Shown here: piece by piece, positions 42,712-53,430 of the stretch | How positions within the stretch are numbered: position 1 is the stretch's first letter | Layout of the letters: every line of letters begins with the position of its first letter | Program-made: the position numbers and the translations under genes | Assembly (NCBI GenBank): GCA_039800105.1 | Contig: JBDLRI010000025.1 | Span: 2,902-66,901 of the forward strand | DNA length: 64,000 nt | DNA from: Pseudomonadota bacterium | GTDB lineage: Bacteria; Myxococcota_A; UBA796; SXON01 | Reading direction: 5' to 3' | Notes under the pieces: generated by a model | The model's database searches: none | Told to the model about the DNA's origin: nothing | What the model saw: the letters and a program-made list of their open reading frames with translations, nothing else

Positions 42712-43944
42712 TCACCGTACGACGGAGGTGAGGTTGAGCATGGGCAGGAGGATGCCGAGCGCGATGACCGCGACGACACCGCCCATGAAGAGGGTCATGA
42801 TGGGCGTGAGCAGCGAGGTGAGCGCGTTGACCGTGTTCTCCACCTGGCTGTCGTAGGAGTCCGCCACCTTCGAGAGCATGCCTTCCAGCTCGCCGGTCTT
42901 CTCGCCGATGGCGATCATGTGCGTCACGATCGGCGGGAACTGGCCGGACTGCTTGAGCGGCACCGCGACGGACTGGCCCTCGGCGATGTTCTTGCCGGCG
43001 GCCTCGATCGCGGCGGCGATGATGTCGTTGCCGACGACGGACTTCACGATGGAGAGCGCCGTGAGGATGGGCACGCCGCTCACGAGCAGCGTGGCGAGGG
43101 TGCGGCAGAACCGCGACACCGCGACGAGGCGGTTGATCTTGCCGAACACCGGGAGCCGCAGCTGGGCCCGATGCCACCACGCGCGGCCCTTCGGCGTGCG
43201 AAGCCACGCGCGCGTGCCCCAGGCCGCCGCCGCGCCGAGCATGCCCAGCGCCCACCAGTAGCCGGTGACGAGGTTGCTCGCGCCGAACAGGATCCGCGTG
43301 ATGAGCGGAAGCGCCGCGTCGAAGCTGTCGAAGATGCGCTTGAGACGCGGGATGACGAAGGTGAACAGGCCGAGCACGAGCGCGCTCGACACCAGCATCA
43401 TGAGCACGGGGTAGGTCACGGCGGCGACGAGCTTGCCGCGCAGCGCCACCTGGCTCTCGGTGTACGACGTGAGCCGCTCGAGCACGAGGTCGAGGGCGCC
43501 GGACTGCTCGCCCGCGTCGATCATGTTCACGTAGAGGTCGTCGAAGACCGTGGGGTGCGCGCGCAGGGCCTTCGCGAGGCTGATCCCCTCGTTGACCTTC
43601 TGGCGCACGTCGACGAGCGAGGCCTGCAACTTCGGGCTCTCGGTCTGCTCGATGAGGGCGCCGAGCGCGTCGACCAGCGGAATCCCGGCCCCGATGAGCG
43701 TGCCGAGCTGGCTGGTCATCTGGGCCAGGTCCTCGACGCGCACGCGCTGGCCGATCTTGGAGAAGTCGATCTGCACGTCCAGGCCGCGACCGCGCGTGGC
43801 ACCCTCGCGCTTTTCCCACACGTCCGTCGGGAAGACGCCCTGCTTGCGCAGGCGCCCGCGCGCGGACTTCGGGGAATCCGCGTCCACGATGCCCTTGGCC
43901 GGCTTCCCGGCGGCGTCGAGCCCGAGGTATTCGTAGACGGGCAT
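42712..43944 (-). CDS. gspF: Type II secretion system inner-membrane platform protein F
   Basis: ORF 42712..43944. Duplicated GspF/PilC domain (LATLLVSGVPILTAL, AIGEKTGELEGML) and three TM segments. Confidence 0.92.
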   Translation of the reverse strand: MPVYEYLGLDAAGKPAKGIVDADSPKSARGRLRKQGVFPTDVWEKREGATRGRGLDVQIDFSKIGQRVRVEDLAQMTSQLGTLIGAGIPLVDALGALIEQTESPKLQASLVDVRQKVNEGISLAKALRAHPTVFDDLYVNMIDAGEQSGALDLVLERLTSYTESQVALRGKLVAAVTYPVLMMLVSSALVLGLFTFVIPRLKRIFDSFDAALPLITRILFGASNLVTGYWWALGMLGAAAAWGTRAWLRTPKGRAWWHRAQLRLPVFGKINRLVAVSRFCRTLATLLVSGVPILTALSIVKSVVGNDIIAAAIEAAGKNIAEGQSVAVPLKQSGQFPPIVTHMIAIGEKTGELEGMLSKVADSYDSQVENTVNALTSLLTPIMTLFMGGVVAVIALGILLPMLNLTSVVR

Positions 43945-43947
43945 GCG

Positions 43948-45666
<1,719 letters not shown>

Positions 45667-45667
45667 G

Positions 45668-48295
45668 TCAGGGCCCCGTGGCGGGTGCCGGCGCCGGCGA
45701 GTCGGACGGCACCGCCGGGGGAGGCGTTGCGGAGGGGGTGTCCCCCTCCGCCCCAGGCGTCACGGGAGGCGTGGAGGACGGCGCGGCCCCCTCGGCCCCG
45801 GGCAGCGTGTCGATCGCCTCCGGGGTCTGTTCGGCCGGCGAGAGCTTCGTGCGGTAGCGGCTCGGCTCGTCGGGGAAGTTCATGCTGTAGCCGAGCAGGT
45901 CCTGGAGGGCCTTCTCCTGCTGGGCGCGGCTCTTGCCGTAGAAGCGGCGCACGAACTCCTGGTGCTGGGCCCACTTGTTGCGGTAGACCTCCTCGAGATC
46001 CGCCGGCTCGTTGATGACGTGCGGCGTGAGGAAGATGAGCAGGTTCGTCTTGCGGTCCGTCTCGCGCTTGCCGCGGAAGAACATGCCGAGGAGCGGGATG
46101 TCTCCGAGCACCGGCACCTTCGTGCGCACCTTGGTGGCTGTGTTTCCGATGAGGCCGCCCATCACGACGGTCTGGTTGTCGCGCACGACCAGCACGTTCT
46201 CGGTCTGGCGCTTGCTGGTGATGAAGCCCGCGGTGGCCACGTCGAGCCCGGAGCTGTCCTCCTCGACCTCCGCGACCTCCAGGTTCATCTCCAGCGTGAC
46301 GTAGTTGCTCTCGTTGATCTGCGGGGTGACGCGGAGCGTGATGCCGACGTCCTCGCGCTGGTAGCTGATGATCGGGTTGTTGTTGTTGTCGCGGCCGGCG
46401 CTCACCGGGAACGGGACGTTGCGCCCGATGTTGATCGTCGCCTCCTCGTTGTCCACGACCATGAGCGACGGGTTCGAGAGGATGTTCACCGCGCTGTTGC
46501 TCTGCAGCGCGTTGAGCGCGATGCCGAAGGCGGGGACCGTGAGCGTGGAGGTGCCGCCGGAGCCATTCGCGACGCTCACGTCGATGCCCTCGCCGAAGAC
46601 GCCCATGGCGAGTCCGCTGAGCAGATCCGCCGGGTTGAGGCCGAAGCTGCTCGCGTTGAGCTGCATGCTGCCGTAGCCGGTCTGGAACGGCGACACGTCG
46701 TTGCTGCCCATGTGGGCGCCGATGCCGGCGTTGAACTCGTCCTCGCTGGCGACCTCGACGACCGTGGCCTCCACGAACACCTGGCGGCGCGGGATGTCGA
46801 GGCGATCGATCACGCGGCGGAGGATGCGGAAGTCCTCCGGCGCCGCGATGAGCACCAGCGAGTTGGTGTTCTCGTCCGCGGTGATACGCACGCCGCTGTC
46901 GAAGGCCGCGACGACGCCCGTGCCACCGTCCGGACCGGCCGCCCCGCCGGGCAGGCCGGGAGGCCCGCCCTTGTCGCCGCCGCCGAAGCCGCCGGCGCGG
47001 CGCGCCGTGTTTCCGCGGGAGGACTGGGCGCCGGCCTTCTTGCCGCCGGCCCGGTTGCCACCCCCGCCGCCGGTGCCGGTGCCCCCGGAGAGGCTCTGCA
47101 GCACGCCGGCCACGTCCTGGGCCTTGGCGTGCTCCAGGTAGATCACGTGGATCTGGCTGCGGCTGGCGGGATCGATGTCGACGTCGAGGGTCTTGATGAG
47201 CTCCTTGACCTTCGTCAGCGCCTCCTCGTTGGCCTGGAGGATGAGCGAGTTGGTGCGCTCGTCCGAGATGATCTTGGAGATGTAGGCGCCCTCGGAGCCG
47301 ACGTTGGTGCTCGTCGCGCCGGTGGGCGCGGGCGCCTCGTCCGCCTTCGCGCGGCGACGGGACGCGCGGTCTCCGCCCGCCCCGGTGCCCCCGGTCGACG
47401 CGGCCACGCCGTAGACCTCCTCCAGGACCTTCTCGATGTCGGCCGCCACGGCGTAGCGGATCGCGACGACCTCGAGCTTGGACTTGGGCGCCGCGACGTC
47501 GAGCTGCTTCACGATCCGGTACACGCGACGGATGTTGAAGGCCGCGTCCGTCACGATGAGCGTGTTCGTGGGCGCGTAGGTGATGACCTTGGCGTTGGGA
47601 CCGCTCAGCTCCTTCACGATGGTGCTGATCTCGTTCACCGCCACGTTGTCGAGCCCGATGATCTGCGTGACGAAGTTGTCGGTCGCCGGGATCTCGTCGC
47701 CGTCGTAGACCCGCAGCGGGGCGTTGGCGGCCTTGCCCGTCGCGACGATCTTCGTGTTCTTCCCGACGGTGACGGTCGTGAAGCCCGCCACCTCCAGCGC
47801 GCTCAGGAAGGCCTCGTAGGCCTCCGCGATCGTCACGGGCTGGTGGCTGATGATCGACATCGTGCCCTTCAGGTCGTCGGACAGGATGAAGTTCCGGCAG
47901 GTGATCTCCGCCATGTACTTGGCGACGTCCAGCAGCGGGGCGTCGGCGTAGTCCATCGTGACGCGCGTGGAGGCGTCGGCGCAGGGCAGCTTGCGGGCGT
48001 CGGGAGTCCCCGGCGCCTTCGGCGCCTCGGCGGCGGGCGCGGCCGGGGCCGCCGGCGCGGGGGCCTTGCCGGCCGGCGGTGCCCCGGGCAACACCGGAGG
48101 GGCACCGGGCAGCGGCTTCCCGCCGATGCCGGCGGGGAGGCCCGGACGGATGCGCTCCGGCGCCCCGGGCGCGGGAGGCGCCTTCGGGTCGTCGGCGTGC
48201 GCGGGGGCGACGCCCCCCACCGCGAGGGACAGCAGGACGGCGCAGGTGGCACGGACGGGGAGGAGAGTGTGCACGCGGGTTCCGGGGCGGGTCAT
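45668..48295 (-). CDS. gspD: Type II secretion system secretin D
   Basis: ORF 45668..48295. ATG overlaps the gspC stop (ATGA). Signal peptide, N0-N3-like repeats, secretin domain (VPVLGDIPLLGMFFRGKRETDRKTNLLIFLTPHVI). The Pro-rich C-terminal tail contains repeat copy 45717-45757. Confidence 0.93.
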   Translation of the reverse strand: MTRPGTRVHTLLPVRATCAVLLSLAVGGVAPAHADDPKAPPAPGAPERIRPGLPAGIGGKPLPGAPPVLPGAPPAGKAPAPAAPAAPAAEAPKAPGTPDARKLPCADASTRVTMDYADAPLLDVAKYMAEITCRNFILSDDLKGTMSIISHQPVTIAEAYEAFLSALEVAGFTTVTVGKNTKIVATGKAANAPLRVYDGDEIPATDNFVTQIIGLDNVAVNEISTIVKELSGPNAKVITYAPTNTLIVTDAAFNIRRVYRIVKQLDVAAPKSKLEVVAIRYAVAADIEKVLEEVYGVAASTGGTGAGGDRASRRRAKADEAPAPTGATSTNVGSEGAYISKIISDERTNSLILQANEEALTKVKELIKTLDVDIDPASRSQIHVIYLEHAKAQDVAGVLQSLSGGTGTGGGGGNRAGGKKAGAQSSRGNTARRAGGFGGGDKGGPPGLPGGAAGPDGGTGVVAAFDSGVRITADENTNSLVLIAAPEDFRILRRVIDRLDIPRRQVFVEATVVEVASEDEFNAGIGAHMGSNDVSPFQTGYGSMQLNASSFGLNPADLLSGLAMGVFGEGIDVSVANGSGGTSTLTVPAFGIALNALQSNSAVNILSNPSLMVVDNEEATINIGRNVPFPVSAGRDNNNNPIISYQREDVGITLRVTPQINESNYVTLEMNLEVAEVEEDSSGLDVATAGFITSKRQTENVLVVRDNQTVVMGGLIGNTATKVRTKVPVLGDIPLLGMFFRGKRETDRKTNLLIFLTPHVINEPADLEEVYRNKWAQHQEFVRRFYGKSRAQQEKALQDLLGYSMNFPDEPSRYRTKLSPAEQTPEAIDTLPGAEGAAPSSTPPVTPGAEGDTPSATPPPAVPSDSPAPAPATGP
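45717..45757 (+). repeat. GC-hairpin repeat copy
   Basis: gggggaggcgttgcggagggggtgtccccctccgccccagg, in frame in the gspD C-terminal tail. Confidence 0.9.
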
Positions 48296-49317
48296 CGGAC
48301 CTCGTAGTCGAGCGTCTGCCGCTGGTTGCGGCGGGAGATCTCGAAGTTGAAGGCCTTCTCGTTGCGGAGGGACTGGTAGAGGGCGAGGGCCCCCTCGGTG
48401 CTCGTCATCGCCTGGCCGTTGATGGCGTGGACGACGTCGCCGTTCTTGATGCCGAGCTTGTCGAAGAGGCTGCCCTTCCGGATCGCCGAGAGGCGGAATC
48501 CGTCGACGTTGCCGCTGCCGTCCTTGTGGGGCACGGCGCGCAGCTGCCCGGCGAAGCTCTCGAGGTTGCCGAGGGCGCTGTCGAGCAGCGAGCGGTCGAC
48601 CTGGTACTTGTTCTCGCCGATCTTCTCGACGGTGCCGCCCTCGCCGGACGCGGACGCGACCGCGGCGCCGGGCGCAGGCGGTGCCTGCTCACCGATGCAC
48701 ACGCAGGTCCCGTCCTCCATGCACACCTTCTTCTGCTCGATGCGGGCGATCCGGCCGCCGCCGGGCACCTCGTCGCCGATCGCGAAGCCGTCGGCCTTCG
48801 CCTCCCGCGCGGCGCCCAGCGCCAGCAGCGCGGAGCTGAAACGCTCCGGGATGGCCACGATGGTGGCGAGGAGCCGCACGTTGGCGTCCGCGCGACAGGT
48901 CCACTCCCCGACGACCGTCACGCCGGGGCGGTACACCCCGGCGCTGTCGAAGATGCTTCGCCGCACGATCGGATCCACGTAGCTGGCGCGCGGCATGGCC
49001 ACGGGGCGCTGCGGCGCCTCGACGGCCGGCGCCTCCGCCGGCGGCTCGGCGGACCCCGGCTCTCCGGCCCGGGCGGGTGCCTCCGTGCCGGCGGCCGGCG
49101 CGGCAGCGGGCGCCGCGACGTCCTGGTACGTCGGCAGGGTCTCGCCGCCCGGCAGGGCGAGCATGCGACCCACCCCGCGCGCCGCGAGCGCGCCCGACCC
49201 CACCCCCGCCAGCGCGAGCGCGGCGCCGACGAGCAGCACGCGGCGCACGGGGACCGGCGCGGCCTGCACCTCCGGCAGGTCGGGCGGGGTTTCCGCGAGA
49301 GGAAGTTCGTCGTCCAT
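48292..49317 (-). CDS. gspC: Type II secretion system protein C (PDZ-containing)
   Basis: Distal part of ORF 48292..49380 (TTG). ATG 49317 is preferred but the start is uncertain. TM VLLVGAALALAGV. C-terminal PDZ-like GFRLSAIRKGSLFDKLGIKNGDVVHAINGQAM. Confidence 0.8.
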   Translation of the reverse strand: MDDELPLAETPPDLPEVQAAPVPVRRVLLVGAALALAGVGSGALAARGVGRMLALPGGETLPTYQDVAAPAAAPAAGTEAPARAGEPGSAEPPAEAPAVEAPQRPVAMPRASYVDPIVRRSIFDSAGVYRPGVTVVGEWTCRADANVRLLATIVAIPERFSSALLALGAAREAKADGFAIGDEVPGGGRIARIEQKKVCMEDGTCVCIGEQAPPAPGAAVASASGEGGTVEKIGENKYQVDRSLLDSALGNLESFAGQLRAVPHKDGSGNVDGFRLSAIRKGSLFDKLGIKNGDVVHAINGQAMTSTEGALALYQSLRNEKAFNFEISRRNQRQTLDYEVR

Positions 49318-49577
49318 CGGCCGGATGGGTAGCAAGAAGCGTGCCGCCGCGAAAGGCCTCCCGCGGGCGGGAATTGTCAACGTTTCCCGCGTGCGACGCG
49401 GACGGGTCCCGGACGCCGCGCGTCAGACTGGCAAACCGGCCGCGCCCTCCCGGCCGACCGGTGACAAAATGTCCAGCGCGGGACGTCCGCGGCACGGGTG
49501 ACACGCGCGCCTGCCCCGGCTACCTTCTGCCCGCCGGCCGGGCCACGGCCGGAGAGTCCGAACATCGGAGGCCGTCC

Positions 49578-51116
49578 GTGCGCACGCGTACCCTGACCGT
49601 CGTCTTCACGGACATGGCCGACTACACGCGCTCCGTGTCGGCCAGCGACCGCGAGGGGCTGCGCACGCTGCTGGCGATGCACGAGCAGCTCGTCGGGCCG
49701 GTGCTCACCCGGCGCGGCGGACGGGTGGTGAAGAACATCGGCGATTCCTTCATGGCCCTGTTCGAGAGCGCCACCGACGCGCTCCGCGCCTGCCTCGACC
49801 TCATGGAGGCGCACGCGCCGGCCAACGCGACCGGCATCGCGTTCCGGGCCGGCCTGGCCACCGGGGACGTCGAGGACACGGGCAACGACGCCTTCGGCGA
49901 GCCGGTCAACCTGGCGGCGCGCATCATCGGCAAGACCCCGACCGGAGAGGTCTGGTTCTCCAACGCCACCCGCCACTGCATGAACCAGGCGGAGATTCCC
50001 TACGAGAGCACCGGACGCCACGCCCTGAAGGGGATTCCCGGCGACATCGAGGTGTTCCGCGCGGTTCCCCGGCACGCCGCCTACCTGCCCGACGACCTCG
50101 TGGCCGCGATTCGCGCGCGCGCGGTGGTGCGCTGGGCCGCGGGCGACCCGGTGCCGCGCGTGCCGCAGGGCGCGCACGTCGTCCTGCACGGCTACCGCGC
50201 GGGCACGAGCGAGCTTGCGGGCGCCGTGGACCAGCTCCCGCAGGTCGAACCCGCGCGCCTGTGGCTCGCCACCTACGCGATCTCCCCGGCGGACCGCCAC
50301 GACTGGGCGCGCGGGGGACGCCAGCTTCTCGTGGCGACGGTCGAGGGCCTCGACGCGGCGTTCAAGGCCCACGAGCGCGCGCCGACGCGCACGCCGGGGT
50401 CGGACACCATCATCATGGATGGCGACTCGGACGCGGCCTTCGACCTGGTCGCCGGAGGCCTGGCGCTGCCCAGCGTCCCCCTCGCGGAGGTCGTCGCGGG
50501 GTACAGTTACGACCTGCTGTCCGATGGACGCTGGCTCAACCGTCACGAGCGCGCCGTGCTGCGCGTCGAGGTCGGCATGGAGGGCGCTTCCGCGCTCGTC
50601 CTCGGGCCGGGTGTGCAGGTGGGCGGGCAGGCCGCCGCCGTCGATACACGCGTGGCGCTCGTGGACGGCCTGCGGATCCGCACGCCGTCGGGTGCCATGA
50701 CCTACCGGGCGCTGAACACCGAGGGCTACCTCGGCGTGCTCCTGGGCGAAGGCGTCATGCGGCTCGGCGTCGCGGCGGGGCAGGCGGTGGAGATCGGGCG
50801 CGAGCCGCAGCAGCCGGGCTACCTCCTGCCCGACCGCTCCAACCAGGACAACATCGCGTGGCTTGCCGGGCCGCGCGCCGCGCGCGCCCGGGAGCGCGGC
50901 CTCACCGTGGACAAGGTCATGACCGGCCGCCGTCAGGCCAGCGTGGCGGACGCGGGCGGCACGCCGGTGGTCACGCCGCTGCACGAGACCTGCGCGACCG
51001 TCCTGCTCGGCGCCGACGGCGGCGCGACGCGCCTGGCGGCCTCGACGGACGCGCGCATCGGTGATTCGCTGCTGCTCGGCACCTCGGTGGTGGCCCTCCG
51101 CCCGCCGGTCGGCTGA
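49578..51116 (+). CDS. Class III adenylate/guanylate cyclase domain protein with a C-terminal FHA-like region
   Basis: Distal 512 codons of ORF 49077..51116. GTG 49578 lies 7 nt after GGAG. Cyclase core TVVFTDMADYT, VKNIGDSFMALF, GLATGDV, GEPVNLAARI. The C-terminal VEIGREP...MTGRRQASV...RIGDSLLLGTSVVAL is FHA-like. Confidence 0.8.
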   Translation: MRTRTLTVVFTDMADYTRSVSASDREGLRTLLAMHEQLVGPVLTRRGGRVVKNIGDSFMALFESATDALRACLDLMEAHAPANATGIAFRAGLATGDVEDTGNDAFGEPVNLAARIIGKTPTGEVWFSNATRHCMNQAEIPYESTGRHALKGIPGDIEVFRAVPRHAAYLPDDLVAAIRARAVVRWAAGDPVPRVPQGAHVVLHGYRAGTSELAGAVDQLPQVEPARLWLATYAISPADRHDWARGGRQLLVATVEGLDAAFKAHERAPTRTPGSDTIIMDGDSDAAFDLVAGGLALPSVPLAEVVAGYSYDLLSDGRWLNRHERAVLRVEVGMEGASALVLGPGVQVGGQAAAVDTRVALVDGLRIRTPSGAMTYRALNTEGYLGVLLGEGVMRLGVAAGQAVEIGREPQQPGYLLPDRSNQDNIAWLAGPRAARARERGLTVDKVMTGRRQASVADAGGTPVVTPLHETCATVLLGADGGATRLAASTDARIGDSLLLGTSVVALRPPVG

Positions 51117-52438
51117 TGGCCGGGCGTCGGCCGCCGCCGGGTCCCGACGCGCCGGGCGCGTGGCGACACGCCCGTCCGACGGGGGTCCAGGGGGCGGCGC
51201 CCCCTGGCGGGGCGTTGCGGGGCGGCGCCCCGCCCCAGGGAAAGCCAGCCTCCGCGCGGGACGACGGCAGGCTGCACGTGAACGCCTACAGCGAGGGGTG
51301 GCTGCGGAAGGGCTTTCCGTGGGTCTACCCCGCGGAGATCACGGCGGGCAGCGTGCGTCCGGGCCGTGCGACGCAGCTGGTGGCGCCCGGCGGCGAGGTG
51401 CTGGGCACGGCCATCGCCGACGACGGCTGGATCGCGGCGCGGCGCTTCCGCGACGATGCCGGCGACATCGACGGGGCGCTGCTGCGCGCGCGGGTGGAGG
51501 CGGCGCTCCGTCGTCGTGCGGGGCTGATCCCGCCCGACACCACCGCCTGGCGACTGGTGCATGCCGAGAACGACGACCTGCCCGGCATCCGCGTCGACGT
51601 GTGGGGCGCGCATGCGGTCGTGTCCCTCGACTCCCCCTCCCTCACGGGGCTGCTCGCGCCGCTTTGCGACGCCGTCGAGGCGGTGATCGGCCCGCGGGAG
51701 GGCATCCACCTGGCGCACCGGCCCGACCCGCGGGAGAAAGAGCGGCGGTCCTGGCCCCGCGAACCGGGCCTGCTGCGCGGGTCCGATCCCGGCGAGATCG
51801 AGGTCCTCGAGCGGGGCGTGCGGTTCCGGGTGCGCCCCGGCGATGGCCAGAAGGACGTCGGGCTCTACCCGGACATGCGCGACAACCGCGCGTGGCTGGA
51901 CCCCCACTGGCGGGGCCGCTCGCTCCTGAACCTGTTCGCGCACACCTGCGCCTTCAGCGTGTTCGCGGCGCGGGCCGGCGCCGCCTCCACCGTGTCGGTG
52001 GACCTGTCGGCGGCCTACCTCGAGCGCGGTGCCGCCAACTTCCGCCACAACGGCCTGCCCGTGCCGGAGCTGCTCGCGGAGGACTGCTTCCGCGCGCTGG
52101 ACCGCTTCCGCCGGCAGGGCCGGACCTTCGACGTGGTGCTGCTCGACCCGCCGGGACACAGCCACGGACCCGAGGGCACGTGGTCCGGGGAGCGCGACTA
52201 CGCCCGCCTCGTGCTCGGCGCGCTGCGGGTCCTGGCCCCGGGCGGGTGGCTCGTGGCGGCAAGCAACCTCGGCACCGTGAGCCCCCACCGCTTCCAGGGC
52301 ACGCTGCTCGACGGCGCCCGCCGCGCGGGACGCACGCTGCGCCTGCTGCACGACGGCGACGCCGCGCCCGACTTTCCCGCGGCGCTGGCGTTCCCCGAGG
52401 GCCGGTACCTGAAGTTCATGATTTGCGCGGTGGACTAG
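51116..52438 (+). CDS. Class I SAM-dependent rRNA methyltransferase (RlmI/RlmK-like)
   Basis: ORF 51116..52438. KGFPWVYPAEI (PUA-like start), WRLVHAENDDLPGIRVD, LNLFAHTCAFSVFAA, VVLLDPP, LVAASN. ATG 51116 shares one nt with the upstream stop. The alternative GTG 51278 would leave repeat 51187-51240 intergenic. Confidence 0.82.
   Translation: MAGRRPPPGPDAPGAWRHARPTGVQGAAPPGGALRGGAPPQGKPASARDDGRLHVNAYSEGWLRKGFPWVYPAEITAGSVRPGRATQLVAPGGEVLGTAIADDGWIAARRFRDDAGDIDGALLRARVEAALRRRAGLIPPDTTAWRLVHAENDDLPGIRVDVWGAHAVVSLDSPSLTGLLAPLCDAVEAVIGPREGIHLAHRPDPREKERRSWPREPGLLRGSDPGEIEVLERGVRFRVRPGDGQKDVGLYPDMRDNRAWLDPHWRGRSLLNLFAHTCAFSVFAARAGAASTVSVDLSAAYLERGAANFRHNGLPVPELLAEDCFRALDRFRRQGRTFDVVLLDPPGHSHGPEGTWSGERDYARLVLGALRVLAPGGWLVAASNLGTVSPHRFQGTLLDGARRAGRTLRLLHDGDAAPDFPAALAFPEGRYLKFMICAVD
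51187..51240 (+). repeat. Composite GC-hairpin repeat copy
   Basis: The near-palindrome ccagggggcggcgccccctgg is followed by cggggcgttgcggggcggcgccccgccccaggg. The block ggggcggcgcccc occurs twice. Confidence 0.75.
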
Positions 52439-52461
52439 GCGTGCCGCTCCGTGCCACGGCT

Positions 52462-52505
52462 CCTGGGGCGGTGGGGGGTCCACCCCCCTCCGCAACGCCT
52501 CCCCC
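52462..52505 (-). repeat. GC-hairpin repeat copy
   Basis: cctggggcggtggggggtccacccccctccgcaacgcctccccc, between the methyltransferase stop and the hydrolase core. Confidence 0.85.
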
Positions 52506-52509
52506 GGGC

Positions 52510-53430
52510 GTGACGTGCCTGCGCGGACCCGCCGCCGGCCCGTGCGTCGCGATCACCGGAAACATCCACGGCGACGAGCTGACGGGCCTCGGCGCCGCGC
52601 ACGCGCTCGCCGGGAGGCTGGACGGGGCGCTGCGCGCCGGACGGGTGCGGCTGTACCCCTCGCTCAACCCCGACGGCCTGCGCCAGGGCACCCGGCGGGT
52701 GCCCGACGACGACCGTGACCTCAACCGATGCTTCCCGGGGGACCCCGCCGGCGGCCCCAGCGACCGACTGGCCCACGCGGCCTGGGAGGACCTCTCCCGC
52801 GAAGGCGTGGACCTGCTCGTGGACGTCCACGCCGATTCCTCCCACGCGCTGCCCTACGTCGTGCTGGACCGCGCGGTGCACCATGCCGGCGCGGCGCGCA
52901 CCGGGCTGGAGGCGCGTGCCGCCACGCTCGCCGCGACGACCGGGCTGACCGTGCTCCACGATCTCGCCGACGAGGCCTACGTGGCCGCGCGGCTCGACCG
53001 GACGCTGACGGGGTGCGTGCTCAACCGGCGCGGCGTCCCGGCCTTCACCCTCGAGGCGGGTCCGCGCGGGCGCCTCGACCCTTCCGCCGTCGAGGTGGTC
53101 GTGGATGCCCTCCTCGGCGTGCTCGGCGCGCTGGGCATGCTCGAGGCCCCGCCGGTTCCCCGCGACCACCCCACCCGCGTAGCGGGGGGGCCATGGCGCA
53201 GGGCGGTCGGCCCGCGCGCCCGCATGGACGGCGTCCTGGTCGCCACGGTCGCGCCCGGAGCGTGGACGGAGGCCGGCGCCGCCGTGGCCGAGATCCGGGC
53301 GCTCGATGGCCGCACGCGGGAGCACGTGCGCGCCGAGCGCGACGGTTTCGTCGTCAGCCATGCCCACCACGGCCACGTCGTCGCCGGGACGGCCGTGTGC
53401 ACGTGGGCGCATCCCGAGGCACCCGCATGA
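52510..53430 (+). CDS. Succinylglutamate desuccinylase/aspartoacylase-family zinc hydrolase
   Basis: Distal part of ORF 51061..53430. ITGNIHGDELTG, LNPDGLRQGTRRVPDDDRDLNRCFPG, LVDVHAD. Start GTG 52510 lies after the repeat; the alternative GTG 52441 would read through repeat copy 52462-52505. Confidence 0.8.
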   Translation: MTCLRGPAAGPCVAITGNIHGDELTGLGAAHALAGRLDGALRAGRVRLYPSLNPDGLRQGTRRVPDDDRDLNRCFPGDPAGGPSDRLAHAAWEDLSREGVDLLVDVHADSSHALPYVVLDRAVHHAGAARTGLEARAATLAATTGLTVLHDLADEAYVAARLDRTLTGCVLNRRGVPAFTLEAGPRGRLDPSAVEVVVDALLGVLGALGMLEAPPVPRDHPTRVAGGPWRRAVGPRARMDGVLVATVAPGAWTEAGAAVAEIRALDGRTREHVRAERDGFVVSHAHHGHVVAGTAVCTWAHPEAPA

